A stretch of 48,045 nucleotides of DNA, the filler included, from Catajapyx aquilonaris (Eukaryota): assembly GCA_000934665.2 (NCBI GenBank). It is 2 parts of 2 records of this genome, joined end to end, with 100 filler letters (N's around TTAATTAATTAA, not from the genome) between each part and the next. Parts side by side here need not be neighbours in the genome. Positions count along the whole stretch, not along the records: positions 24,080 to 48,045 come from JYFJ02005592.1; 1 more part is not named here. One strand, 5' to 3'. The position numbers and the translations under genes are program-made. The stretch's first letter is position 1; each line of letters opens with the position of its first letter. Of this stretch, positions 24,832 through 36,300 are shown in pieces. The notes below the pieces were generated by a model that worked only from the letters and a program-made list of their open reading frames with translations, had not been told where the DNA came from and did not search any database.

Positions 24832-25210
24832 TTAATTCCTTATTGAATGTGGGGAAACACATATGCTGTTGCAGCCATTACGGCAGCACTTCAGGTCATC
24901 CTTGCAGTCATAGTCACTCAAGCAGTTGACCTCGGGATCAAATCGGCAGATTCCAACTACACCTGAATTTGGGGGGCATTGCCCTGGTTTTGGGAGGCAT
25001 CCCTTTTCCGTACACCTGTCCATGCCATTTCGTCCGCAAAAGCAGTAATTGCACTCATCCATGTACCTGGTACCTTCTGGGCATGGATCTGTGGAGAATT
25101 TTCCATGTTGAACAAAATGGACTGCACAATTTTGGAAAAGAGAGATTACCTGGGCGTCTGGCTAAAGCAGCTCCAACCAAGAAAACAGTAATGACAAGTA
25201 CTTTCAACAT
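24832..25210 (-). CDS. Secreted pacifastin+WAP protein 1 (P1=Glu); exons 25210-25150, 25088-24832; 105 aa
   Basis: Signal MLKVLVITVFLVGAALARRP; pacifastin CPEGTRYMDECNYCFCGRNGMDRCTEKGC; WAP KPGQCP..C..C.SDYDC..DLKCC.NGC...C. Confidence 0.9.
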
Positions 25211-25606
25211 GGTGCTGTGTGGATATTACAACAGTTATGTATGCAGGCCAGTTCCTTTTTAGACCTTAAGCATAGTCGATATCCAATAAGACACTGTGGC
25301 TTTTTCTGGTTAACTTACTAATCAAGAAACAACCGCAGTCATCGTAGGAAGTGGCATGTGGTCACCGTTTATTAGATTGGGAATTTAGCTGAGGATGTGT
25401 TTTTGATCGATAATAACAGGTTGCAGGTGTTAGAAGCAGAGTAGGTGCCAGTGCTGCAATGAAAAACAAGTAAAAAGCAGGATAGTACTTTTGTATTTCA
25501 AATGACATTACAGTTACATTGTATTGCATTACATTGCAGCTCGCAATTTATTTAGCTTGAGATTTATTTAGGTACAGGATTAAGCCTTTATATCCACCAA
25601 AGGTTT

Positions 25607-25988
25607 CTATTGGTTGACAATGGCATCCTTGCACTCTGACTTGCATCTTCCAGGGCAGCATTTTTGGACACCAGGACAATCGTAATCGCTGTCACAGGCA
25701 TCGAGCGAGTTGTAATCGCACACCCCTAGTTGATCTGTAGTAGGAGGGCAGTGTCCCAGTTTCCCAAGGCAGCCCATTAGAGTGCAGGCATCATGACTTC
25801 CTTTGGGTCCACACCAGCAAGTGTTGCAGTCCCAGTCATACGCAGTACCTTCTGGGCATGGATCTGCAGACAGACAATCCAAGTTCAATGATCAGTGTAA
25901 TTTTTGGAACCAGCAACTTACCTGGGCGATTGCGGCGGGATGAAGCTACCCCAACCAGAATGAAAACAATGAGAAAAGATTTGAACAT
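25607..25988 (-). CDS. Secreted pacifastin+WAP protein 2 (P1=Leu); exons 25988-25922, 25863-25607; 107 aa
   Basis: Signal MFKSFLIVFILVGVASSRRNRP; CNTCWCG...CTLMGC; WAP KLGHCP...CDSDYDCPGVQKCCPGRCKSEC. Confidence 0.9.
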
Positions 25989-26382
25989 GACCGTAGCTTC
26001 TCCTTCACAGTGTCACTCGGAACTAACTAGCCACAACAGGTTCATATCCCTTTTTATTGAGCATTATCGCTTTACAGTTAAAGCCTTTAAATATTAATCG
26101 AGAGTCAAACAAGCCAGTCATCGGAAATTGCATGTGCCAAGCTTGGTAGGAGATAACATGGAAGTTAGGATTATTTTTTATTGATAGTCTTGATGGTTTC
26201 TTCCGGTTGAGAATTGTAGTGATACCCATCCAGATGCAAATGTTACTTTCTGTACAAGTGAGAGTAAAATAATTTGTCAGAGAATTATTTTATTTTGGGA
26301 CATAAGATTGATCAGAACATGGCCACAATGCCAAAACTTTTGTGTACAAATTCTTCAAATGACATCGGGATTGGCTTAGTAG

Positions 26383-26771
26383 TTAGTCGTCGGAGATGGG
26401 CTTTTGACATTCCAGCATGCAGCTTCCTGGGCAGCACTTCTGTTCCACAGGGCAATCGTAGTCAGTTTCGCAAGCAGTCTCTGGGTCATATTCGCACAGT
26501 TCAAGTGCATCGATAACAGGAGGGCATTGACCTGGTTTGTCGGGGCAGCCCATGCGTGTGCATCCGTCTCGTTCTGGTGTAGGTCCGCAGAAGCAAGTGT
26601 TACATATCCATTTGTATGTCGTCCCCTCTGGGCATGGATCTGCAAGTAAATAATTTGCCCTTAGTAGCAAATGTGCTTCCGACGAGAAAACGTTTTCTTA
26701 CCTGGGCGTCGGGAAATTCGAGACGAGGCAAGTCCCACCAGAAGGAGCACAAGGATGCAGGCTTTGAACAT
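26383..26771 (-). CDS. Secreted pacifastin+WAP protein 3 (P1=Arg); exons 26771-26702, 26639-26383; 108 aa
   Basis: Signal MFKACILVLLLVGLASSRISRRP; CNTCFCG...CTRMGC; WAP KPGQCP...CETDYDCPVEQKCCPGSCMLEC. Confidence 0.9.
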
Positions 26772-27117
26772 GGTGGTGAACCTAGTGTCAGGACCTTCAA
26801 GTCTGTTGTGATGAGCCCAAACTATCTTTACAAACATTTTTATTTAGCAGCTGAACATATTTTATCACTTCCTACCATGATCCTTTGTTTAAAATATTGG
26901 CCAGAAGGTAATCAGGAGAGCTGAACAATGAAATCGCAGGAAGTGGTGTGCGTACATGTCCTTAGATTGCAGGTGGAAGTGGGGATGTTGGTTTATTCTC
27001 TGTTGATAATCCTGGGGTCATTTGGGTCATTGAAATCTGAAGGTCATATTTTGATTTACGTGCTCGAAGTGTTGCATTTTGTATGACTAACAAGTTGTTT
27101 TTTTTGGTCTCTTCTAG

Positions 27118-28985
27118 TTTGATCGGAAATGTGGACCAGCCATCGGCACTGGTGAAATTGACCACCAATGACTTCAATGAACAGATTCTCCAAAAGCTGA
27201 ATGATCGCTTGGTTCTCTTCTGCATAGAAGATACGGTAAGTGGAGTAAATAAAGATTACGGGAAAGTTTTTTATGCACAATTCTGCAGATGCCAGGTGCA
27301 GTGTGTATCAAATGAGCTTGCTGCTCCAATAAGCATATAGTCACCAAGGAAATCATGACTACCACTCACTAATTAATAACACATGATGCAAATGTGCTGG
27401 AATTGCAGTGTTCCAGTAATGTGAATTTTACACTCATCTACTCATGATACTTGCATACATTTCATTAGAAAATTCATTTACAAAGATGTTCAGGATTTTT
27501 TAATGCGTGCCATTAAAATCGTGCTACATGCGTATATATCTTTTTCTGTCAGCTGAGTGTGGAAGACTTCTTGCCCGAAAATGGAGGCCAGACGCCTTTC
27601 CCGATGGTTCAGACTCTGATGGGCTCCAGTGGGGATGACTCCGTCAGTCTGTTTCTACCCCAAGTGCGCCACCCTTCAAAGCTGAGCAGCGTTCTCGTAG
27701 CCAAGGAATACCAGCCCCACCACCTCCGTTTCGGGGGGGATCCCACCCAGCTGAATCTCAGCCACCAAAGAAACCTTGTCGTCGTGAAGCTCAAGGACAC
27801 TGAAGATGTCGACCCCTCGGAAAGAGCTGCTGTTCTCGAGGCAAACGACAAGGAGATCAATCGGGTGTATCTGGCGCTGAAGGGGATTTCACCTGATGTG
27901 ACAGGAATCTTCTCGGCTCATCATCCCTCGTGGTTTGAGAGCAGGCGATTCACAAGGGAAGCGGAAGGAGAAGGAGAAGAGGGGGAGGAGGAGGAGCCTG
28001 GTGAGGGAGGACCGCAAGCACCAGAGGAGCCTGGTGAGGGAGGACCGCAAGCACCAGAGGAGGTGCCAGTACCCGCACCTACCGAGCCGCCGACCACGAC
28101 AGTTAGGGGTCCGACTGAGCCACCTCCAACCCAAGCGCCGAGACCAGATGAGGGTACCTATGCATTTTACAACTACACAGCCGGTGCAAGTAAAATCTAC
28201 TTCTACGCTATGGACAAGCCGATTTTGTACTTAAACAGCAGGTTAGTTACCCTTAGTTACTTTTTTTTTTTAATCTGCCCACCAAGTACTTTCAACTGGA
28301 CTTTGTTATGACTCATGTTTCCTTCTCGCAGCACAATTCCGAATGTGACCCTGACTGGAACGATCCAGTTGAAAGGCAGCGCTTCGTCCAACCAGGTGAC
28401 CCTGGTCGTGAAGTACACCAACTTCACCACGGATGCTGCGAGGAAGCAGTTCACGAGCATCACAATGAATCTGGTGTTTGCGATGAATCGCGCCACTCGC
28501 TACTGGAACCTCTCCAACTCCTCGCTGTATTTCAAGAGCAACCCTGGTCATACTACGTATGCCTCGGTTCAAGTGAATCTCATGACCAAGACGGACGTGG
28601 TGGCTCCGGCCACCTTCTCCTACCACTGTGTGAAGAAGATTTCCTTAGTGCCTGATGGCGAGGTCCCCAAGGAATATCAGGGACTCCGGCTAGTACTTGA
28701 TGGCATGCAGGTATGACAAGCGTTTGTGTGACAAAATTATGGAGGTTGACTAACTGCTGCTTGTCGTCACAGGTGCAGCCTTTCAACATTAGCCGAGACC
28801 AGTTCGGTGACAGCTACGATTGCATCGGTTTCTTCACCATTGGGATATGGTCGGGTCTTTTCGTCAGCTTCATCCTCTGCGCTATTCTGCTCTGGGCACT
28901 CTGCATGCTGTCAGACATCAAGACGATGGACAGGTTTGACGATCCGAAGGGGAAGACCTTGGTTATCAGCGGAATTGAAGGATAA
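27118..28985 (+). CDS. ATP6AP1: V-ATPase accessory subunit S1 (Ac45/VhaAC45), 5'-partial; exons 27118-27235, 27553-28241, 28332-28710, 28773-28985
   Basis: LSVEDF, NDKEI..V....TGIFSA, furin-like RRFTR, FSYHC, QVQPF...FGDSYDCIGFFTIGIWSGLF, TM helix, DIKTMDRFDDPKGKTL. The first (signal peptide) exon was not located. Confidence 0.93.
27991..28062 (+). repeat. Exact 33-nt coding tandem repeat (EEPGEGGPQAP x2)
   Basis: GAGGAGCCTGGTGAGGGAGGACCGCAAGCACCA twice, followed by GAGGAG. Confidence 0.9.
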
Positions 28986-30142
28986 GCGGGATCAATATGG
29001 TGTTCTGCACATTTACTTTCACATATGGTTCCGTCAAGCTTCCATATGTGGAATTAAACACTGTCAGAAAGTAGTGTCGCAAAATGTAGAGTCTCTATTC
29101 GAGTATTAAGTTAGTGACTTATGAATGGGGGGTGGGCTGGGTGGGGTGTTAATTGCATTCCATGTGTTGTGATTAGAGGCCACGTGTAAGTTACTTGGCA
29201 TCGCTTTTGTCAAATTAAAATATGTATGCACATCTCAGTACTCGCTTAAGACATTAACATACGGTTTTGTGCTCGTTAAATGTTGGCTTAAGTAAAGTTT
29301 TGAACGGATTGCGAATCTGTGTTGCATTCCATTGGTACATATCTCTCATTTAAGCTTCCGTACGTAACAAGCGGTGCCGAGTGATTTACCAATGGCCTCT
29401 TTCCGTTTTGTTTTTAAATTAGTTGATTAGTTTCTAGTCAAGTTGGATCCTACCTGAACAAAGATGGAAATATTTGCATCTCAGATTTACACATCACAAT
29501 GATCTTGTCACATCTCTTTTTCTCAGTTGAATCTTCTTTCTGTTTACTAAGCATCTCACTCCTATTTTTTCTTGGTGTATGTGCGTGCAAGTGGCCATGT
29601 TGAATGTCTTAAAATGTGTACATAACTTCAAGTGAGTGCAAGTGGTACGACAGAAAAAAAATTCATGAGTTTACGTGTTTCGAATATCACAACTCATGTT
29701 AGATTTGCAGAGTTTGAAATATCGAGACTTTGTATAGGTGAGATTTCTTAAGTGTAAAGAATAAAACAAATAGTTTTAATGGAAAATAGGGGATCAGGAC
29801 CACTCATTGAGTCGAGGTTGCTGAAAGCTTTACGTGTATTAGGAGTAATAATTACAAAGAAGTGTACATAATTGTTGTATACATTATTGGAGTAATTGCA
29901 CACTTGTAAGCTGTTGTGTGGTGGTGGATGTTGATCTGATGCATTAAAACGTGGGGAATGTGTTAAAGTTTATTTACAATTTTTTGAAGTGATCGTCACC
30001 ACCTTACCTCAGATTTTCCAGCTGATTTCCGCAGGACTTTACTTTCAATATACGGTACATTTTGAAGGCATAGTTGATTTTACGGAATTGTATTTATTGT
30101 CAGTAATGCTTTAGGTCATTTTTGTTGCCCACTTTCTTCCAA

Positions 30143-30523
30143 TCAAGGCACAGGGTCTTTGCAGACTTTGCCACAACCTTCGGGACAGCAAATCTGGTTT
30201 GCCTTGCAGTCTTGATCTGTGATACAATTTTTATCAGGATCGTATTGGCATGTTCCAAATTGATTGCTGGCTGGAGGACATTCAGCGACCCGATAGGCGC
30301 ATGCCATCATGGTGCACTGATCACGTTTAGGTTTCTTTCCGCATGTGCAAGTGTTGCAATCGAGCTTGTATTTTGTTCCTGGTGTACAGTTCTCTAGAAA
30401 ACAGAGGCTTTTTAATTGAATGGCACAAATTTCCCAATAATTGTGAAGTGACTTACTTGGGCGTTGAGCTATAGTCAATGCGGTTAGCAGGAGCGCAATG
30501 AGGCAAATCTGAAACGCAAACAT
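30143..30523 (-). CDS. Secreted pacifastin+WAP protein 4 (P1=Met); exons 30523-30457, 30393-30143; 105 aa
   Basis: Signal MFAFQICLIALLLTALTIAQRP; CTPGTKYKLDCNTCTCG...CTMMAC; WAP AECPP...CITDQDCKANQICCPEGCGKVC. Confidence 0.9.
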   Translation of the reverse strand: MFAFQICLIALLLTALTIAQRPSKSLHNYWEICAIQLKSLCFLENCTPGTKYKLDCNTCTCGKKPKRDQCTMMACAYRVAECPPASNQFGTCQYDPDKNCITDQDCKANQICCPEGCGKVCKDPVP

Positions 30524-30970
30524 GATCAAGAACACTTGTTCAGCTTGTACCTCACATATGCTGGCTCCAAGATGTAGTGAAATTCATGCTTGGTGAAGGA
30601 TGTGACACCATTTTCTATTGTTGCCATTTTAATAATGGGCGTTGCATGTGTCAGGTGTCCGTATGGATGAGCATGCCATTTAAAAAATGACCTTGCGATA
30701 TTATGCACTTTCAGTCATGCGAAGCTGCGAGTGTACGTAATTCCTACAAGTCCATTTCCTAAGTCTGGAGTGGTTTTTTCTGCAACCACATTTTTATCAA
30801 CTCGTGACGGACGGCGTAGATGGAGACACTAAAAGCACAGCTTACGAAAGAAAGTGGTTCCATTGTTTTTTACGCAACTTTATTTTCAATACGTCACAGT
30901 ATGGAGCATACTGGGTATTTCACTGCATGACATCAACTTCGGCTGAGATCCTCTCTCCATTTTTGATGAT

Positions 30971-31338
30971 TCACAGCATTGGTTTCTGGCACATTTCGAA
31001 GCCAGCTGAATCGCAGCATTTCTCGACTCCACAACAGTCATCATCGCTGGTGCATGAATCGTAGGAAGAACCGGGTTGGGCTGACTCAGGACATGACCCT
31101 GGCTTCGGGGCACAGAACATCATGGTGCAAATGTCATTGCCATCTGGTTGGCATGTGCAAGAGTTGCAGCCTCTCTTGTAACCCTGATTTGGCTCACATG
31201 GCACTTGCAGGATATTAGAAAACCGTTAAATGACTTATCATCTGGTGGTGCTAAACAGTGACTTACCCGGACGACACGCCAATGCGAACAACACATTTCA
31301 AGAATGCAGAGAAGAATCAGCATGCTCTTTCTGGTCAT
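30971..31338 (-). pseudogene. Pacifastin+WAP protein 5 (P1=Met) with apparent 1-nt frameshift in the signal exon; exons 31338-31267, 31203-30971
   Basis: Exon 2 is intact (CNSCTCQPDGNDICTMMFC, KPGSCP...KCC). The family-type exon 1 end FALACRP-G|GTAAGT is out of frame with the ATG (305 nt total). Could be a null allele or a sequencing error. Confidence 0.7.
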
Positions 31339-31780
31339 GGTTGTGCCTCACTTGCTCACCAGCGACTCTCAAACTGTCACAAGGAAATGCGAGAGATGCT
31401 TTGGGTTAACTGCCACCTATGCTAGCATGTGTTGGTATCCTATTGTTGTCAGCAATGAAAGAACTATGCAGATTTTCTGGCATGTTTGCTCTGATTAAAC
31501 AAGTGTGCCAATGTCGCAGTGCAATTTAGGAAGCATATCTGGCGTACTTTTCATAACATTAACATAATAAACTAATCATAATATGAAAAGGTCGGATATT
31601 TTTAAATAAAATATCACAAAAGACAAAAGGTAGCCTTGAGATATCAATTGTCACAAATTTATTTTGGGGGCATCCAGGATTAATTTCTGTGTAATGAGCA
31701 AACAAGGGATAATGTGATGTCAGTTTATTGTCTTAACTCCTGTTATACATTGATGTGCTATTTCCAACATTTTCCATCCG

Positions 31781-32204
31781 TCAGTTAGTGGCTGGTGTTT
31801 GGCACGTCTTTATGCAACCGGATACGCAACAGATTTTCCCATCGCAACAGTCGTCATCTGTTTGGCAGCTGCCCCATATTGCCAGTGGCAAGCAAGGTCC
31901 TAGACGATTAGAAGGGCATCTGGACGGATCGGAAGAGCAGGCCATCAAGGTGCATGGATCGCTGTCATCAGGTCCACATGTGCAACTGTTGCATCCTTGC
32001 ATGTACTCCTGGCCCATGGCACAGCCCGCTACAACACAATGTCAGTGCAGTAATTCACTTGGTGTCAATGTTGACATTATGTCTATCCATCTTGGAACTT
32101 GAATTTGGACAGGGCTTACCTGGACGGCAGCTATTCACAGAGATAACCCCTGTGATTAAAGCAGCTTGGAAAAAGCAAATTAAGATGAATCCATATTTGG
32201 TCAT
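31781..32204 (-). CDS. Secreted pacifastin+WAP protein 6 (P1=Leu); exons 32204-32120, 32028-31781; 110 aa
   Basis: Signal MTKYGFILICFFQAALITGVISVNSCRP; CNSCTCG...CTLMAC; WAP PSRCP..GPC...SCQTDDDCCDGKICCVSGCIKTC. Confidence 0.88.
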
Positions 32205-33373
32205 GGTGTTCAACAATGTTTCAGCTTCACGCAGAGCTAGCAATAATCAATGTCGATGCTTGAAGTGTCAGATCCAAAGTGAGACTATGCCCACTAGGAG
32301 CAGGTGGTGGAATCCAGCAGGTGCTGCCCATTGTTGCCAGTAACGAGGGAAAATAGACAGACAATCAGTCCCATTAATGTTCCATATCGCAACACAATAT
32401 GGATGCTGATGAAGCCAGCTGGAACAAATGGACTGCAGATGGGTGACCTTGCCCACAGGCCTACCATAAGGTTTCCCCAGTTCAATCAGCACTTGAGGGA
32501 CCAAAATTATACATATATCACCATAGATCTGTAGTCAATAAAACCTTGCGCATTGTTTCTTCATAAATGTTGGGTCAAATGGAAGGGAAAAACTGACGGA
32601 AAACAAAAATCTCTGCTGGAATGGGCCTTTTCAGCATTTTTATTCTCACTAGTTACAAGTGGAGAAACCTCTTATTCTGGGAATTATTCCACTTCTACGT
32701 AACAGAATCACTCACTTGAGTTTTTAATGACACTTGTTGTCATTTTTGATAACTTACTGATTAGACAATGGTCTGATGACATCAAGCCCCTCTTTATACG
32801 ACTTCCTACGCATTTACATGATCATTGCACTTGCTTCTCGGCCTTTGTAACTCTTCGTTGTACTGCGCGATATTCAGACAAAAACTCACTTCAATCTTAC
32901 TTCATTAAAATAAAATAAAAATGTCATGAAACAAAATCAAGCAAACGAATACTGAGATCTGAATAAAAGGACATTTTAAAATGGTATATATCACCGCTTT
33001 GGAAGTTCTGAGCATACATGAAAGGTAATCCCTGAGACCCTGTATTGCATTCAGAGTTTGGCACTTGTCACAATATCATGTTATTAGCTGTCTGGCCTTA
33101 CTTTACGGTCACTTACAGGTACCGGTATGAGAATACTGTATGGTATACTTTAAGAAAATAGAAAAAAGCAGCGGCCCAAATTAATGTTGGCATGATTTGT
33201 TTAAAACATAAAATAAGCAATATCAAAAACACATTCAGATATTTTACGTGTTAGTTAAGAATAACAATGTTTTTCTGGATATCCAAACAGAAAATCTCTT
33301 CACAACTTTACTTCCAGGTACCGGTACTCGCACTTTTTCTTGACAAGAAGGATCTTCATTAGCAGACCTTTTC

Positions 33374-36300
33374 TTACTTGCCACTCTTCTCTGCTGAAAC
33401 CAAAACACCATTTCAATGTCAGAAACTGTACTGAGAGTCGACAGACCTTACCTTCCTTTTCCTTGCGGCTAAATTCCTTTAGCCTGCTGGTGACGCTAGT
33501 ACGCATTGCCCTCTCTGCAAAATGTGCCTTGCGAATATTTGCCATGTTTTGCTCCAGTTCTGCAATATTTTGCTCCCCACTATTCCTAGAATCTTCAGAA
33601 ACAAAAAGTCAAACTCTCTTCACTTATCTCATTACAGCATCACTTCCCATACAAAAATTATGCCAAAGGGTTACTTTTAAAATAACTGTCATATATATTA
33701 TGTCCCTATATCTTATGTGAGCCACTGATGGGAAGTGGTTCGGAAGCATGTTTGTCAATTAGTCCCTTTTACTTGTCAAATCATACCAAGCGGTTCACAG
33801 AAGTTGTACTTTGGCTTATGAGCTGTCACAGGAGGGTTGGAGCCACGGGCCATTGCATTCGAAGGTCCATCACTTCCCACTGCCATGGCTGCTGGAGGTG
33901 CATCTGTGGCTGGATGCTGCCGCAAACTCCTGCGGCCGGAGGCTTTCTTCTTTGCCATCCTCTCTCGGTGTGTCTGGTGTTTCTTATACCCATGCTTTCG
34001 TGTCCCTTCACCTTTTTTCCCCTTCAGCTTAGCTACGGACTCTACATTCATGGAGTCCGGAAAAGGCAGAATTTTCACTATCGCTAGAAGCGTGAACACT
34101 CAAAAACACACACTACCTTTGCTGTAATCATCCTCGCTACAGTCCATACTCTCCAGGTCTGACGTATCCCTCTGACTGTCCGATGGTAGCCGAGAACCAC
34201 CTCTAGCCCTGTGAAATGGATCAACAGTATGAATCCACTGTCACCTGAACAATGAAAGTGAAGAATTCCCAGCATGAGCTTGCACAAACCATATGGCACA
34301 AAGAGTAGGCTACATGTGCCAAAGGTCGAAAATGTCTCAATGAGGTTACTCAAATTCCTGCACATATGTTTTCATTTTCAAGAAATAAACTCCAGGTGTT
34401 TGAACACCTCTCCTTTGCAGGGAAGTGGTACCATATGGAATACATTTATTTTCCTGGCCCATCAAGCTGATTCCCAAGGGACACTTTCCAAGGTCTCGCC
34501 GATTTTCTTGAAATTCGGTGCATTGGTAGGCCACCCCAAGGGATGAAAAACGCACCTAAAGTGACCTGCTCAAAATGACCCGGTAACTAATTTTTGGGGG
34601 GCAGGGGTCAACTCTTAAATGCCGAAAACTCATCCATTTTCTTGAAATTCGGGGCATTGGTAGCCCCCGAAAAGGAGTCACCGGGTCATTTTGAGCAGGC
34701 CACTTTAGGTGCGTCTGTCATCCCTTGGGGTGGCCTACCAATGTACCGAATTTCAAGAAAATTGGTGAGACCTTGGAAAGTGTCCCTTGTGAGTTCGAGA
34801 GGTCATAACTTTTGACCTTGTGGGCATCCGCCTAAATAATTGTTTGCATTTTCTTTAATAACTTACCTGCCTATATTATTGTGCCAAGTTTCATTCGGAA
34901 ACTCCACGGACAACACTTAGGCCTACACTTCCCTTGTCAGCTTACAACAGGTGGGGAAATGACTTGATAAAACAACCAGGGAACTTTTTTGAGGACTAAC
35001 TCTTTATCCATCTTTGACAGCAAATAATATGAATTAAGGTGTCGAAAGGTTATGAATAAAAGGAGAGTTGCTGATCACAATATTCGCCAACAACCACGGG
35101 CAGTGTCGTGATTTTATTGGAGGTGAATATGAGGATGGTGAGATCTGCACAGCGGCAAATGCACGTCTCTCACATTGAAGTCATTGAGGAGCACTTAAAA
35201 TTACAACCTGCAGAGGAAGGTGTCCTCACGCCTTCAATGTATCGTTATGGAAATTGAAAATTCCGATTTGTCCGACATGTCCATCAATGACGAGGTCTAT
35301 GGATTCTACACCATTTCAAAGGAGATCAGGCAACACGATGGTGACTACACGTCATGGCCCGGTGTGAAATGTTTACATTGGATCATGAGGTGCCAGATCA
35401 CATTGCATAAGAAACACTAACAGGTTTCGCAATTCGCGGCGCAGTACTGACTGGAACTCAACCTGTAGAACACATGACTGGGATATATAAGGGCAGGGTA
35501 AAAGTTTACTTACACACTCCGTGAGCCAGAAGTAGAGGTAGTGTTGCTCTTAGATGTAGTGGGCAGGGTGTTGTCTGTCACTGGTGCAGAATCGTCTGAC
35601 TCATCAGAGTTGGAATAACGTGTGAACCACCATGGCTCCTCATTGGCTACCTGGTCACCACGGCTGCTTCCGGCAACACTTGTGGAAGGAATCGCATCCA
35701 CTGTGCAAGAACGTGACGTGTAGTCTATTGGCGGTGGTGGTAGCTCCAGCACAGGTGGTTCCGATGGGATGAAAGAGGGAATCATGGGTGGTGGAAGAAG
35801 TATGGGTGGTGGTAGTGGTATAGATTGATTCCAAACTGGACTCGGAGGAATAGTCTCCCCACAAAAGAGGGAATGAAGGCTACTTTCTGGCTCATCATCT
35901 GTATTGACGAGTGATCCAGAAGGTTTCCTCTTCTTTTTAGTAGGGTCCAGGCCAAAAGCATAAGCTGAATCCAAGCTGCTGAAGTCAGATCGCATTGAGT
36001 GAATGGCACCATTATTAGCACTAAACACAACTGACTTTGAGCGACTGGACATAGAAATGACTGACCTAGACTCTTCCCCGGAAGAAAGGCTGCGACCACG
36101 TCTGGTTGAGGCTCCTTTCACGATGAATGCCTGTTGAAACAACAGTTTTTCACTGTTATTCTAGGAATCAATTTTTTTTTGTGTTTCTTAAAATTTCTGG
36201 CAGTATATTCTGGTTGATTTACCTTTGATTTAGCTTGGTTCTGCTGCTGCTTTGATCTATTGGATTTAGCTTCACTCCAGCTAAGATTCTCCACTACTCT

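Noticed and set aside
35000..35460. Coding-like intronic stretch (e.g. ORF 35220-35420)
   Set aside because: Broken by stops with no motif I can assign; possibly TE debris. The ARID4 model is in frame without it.
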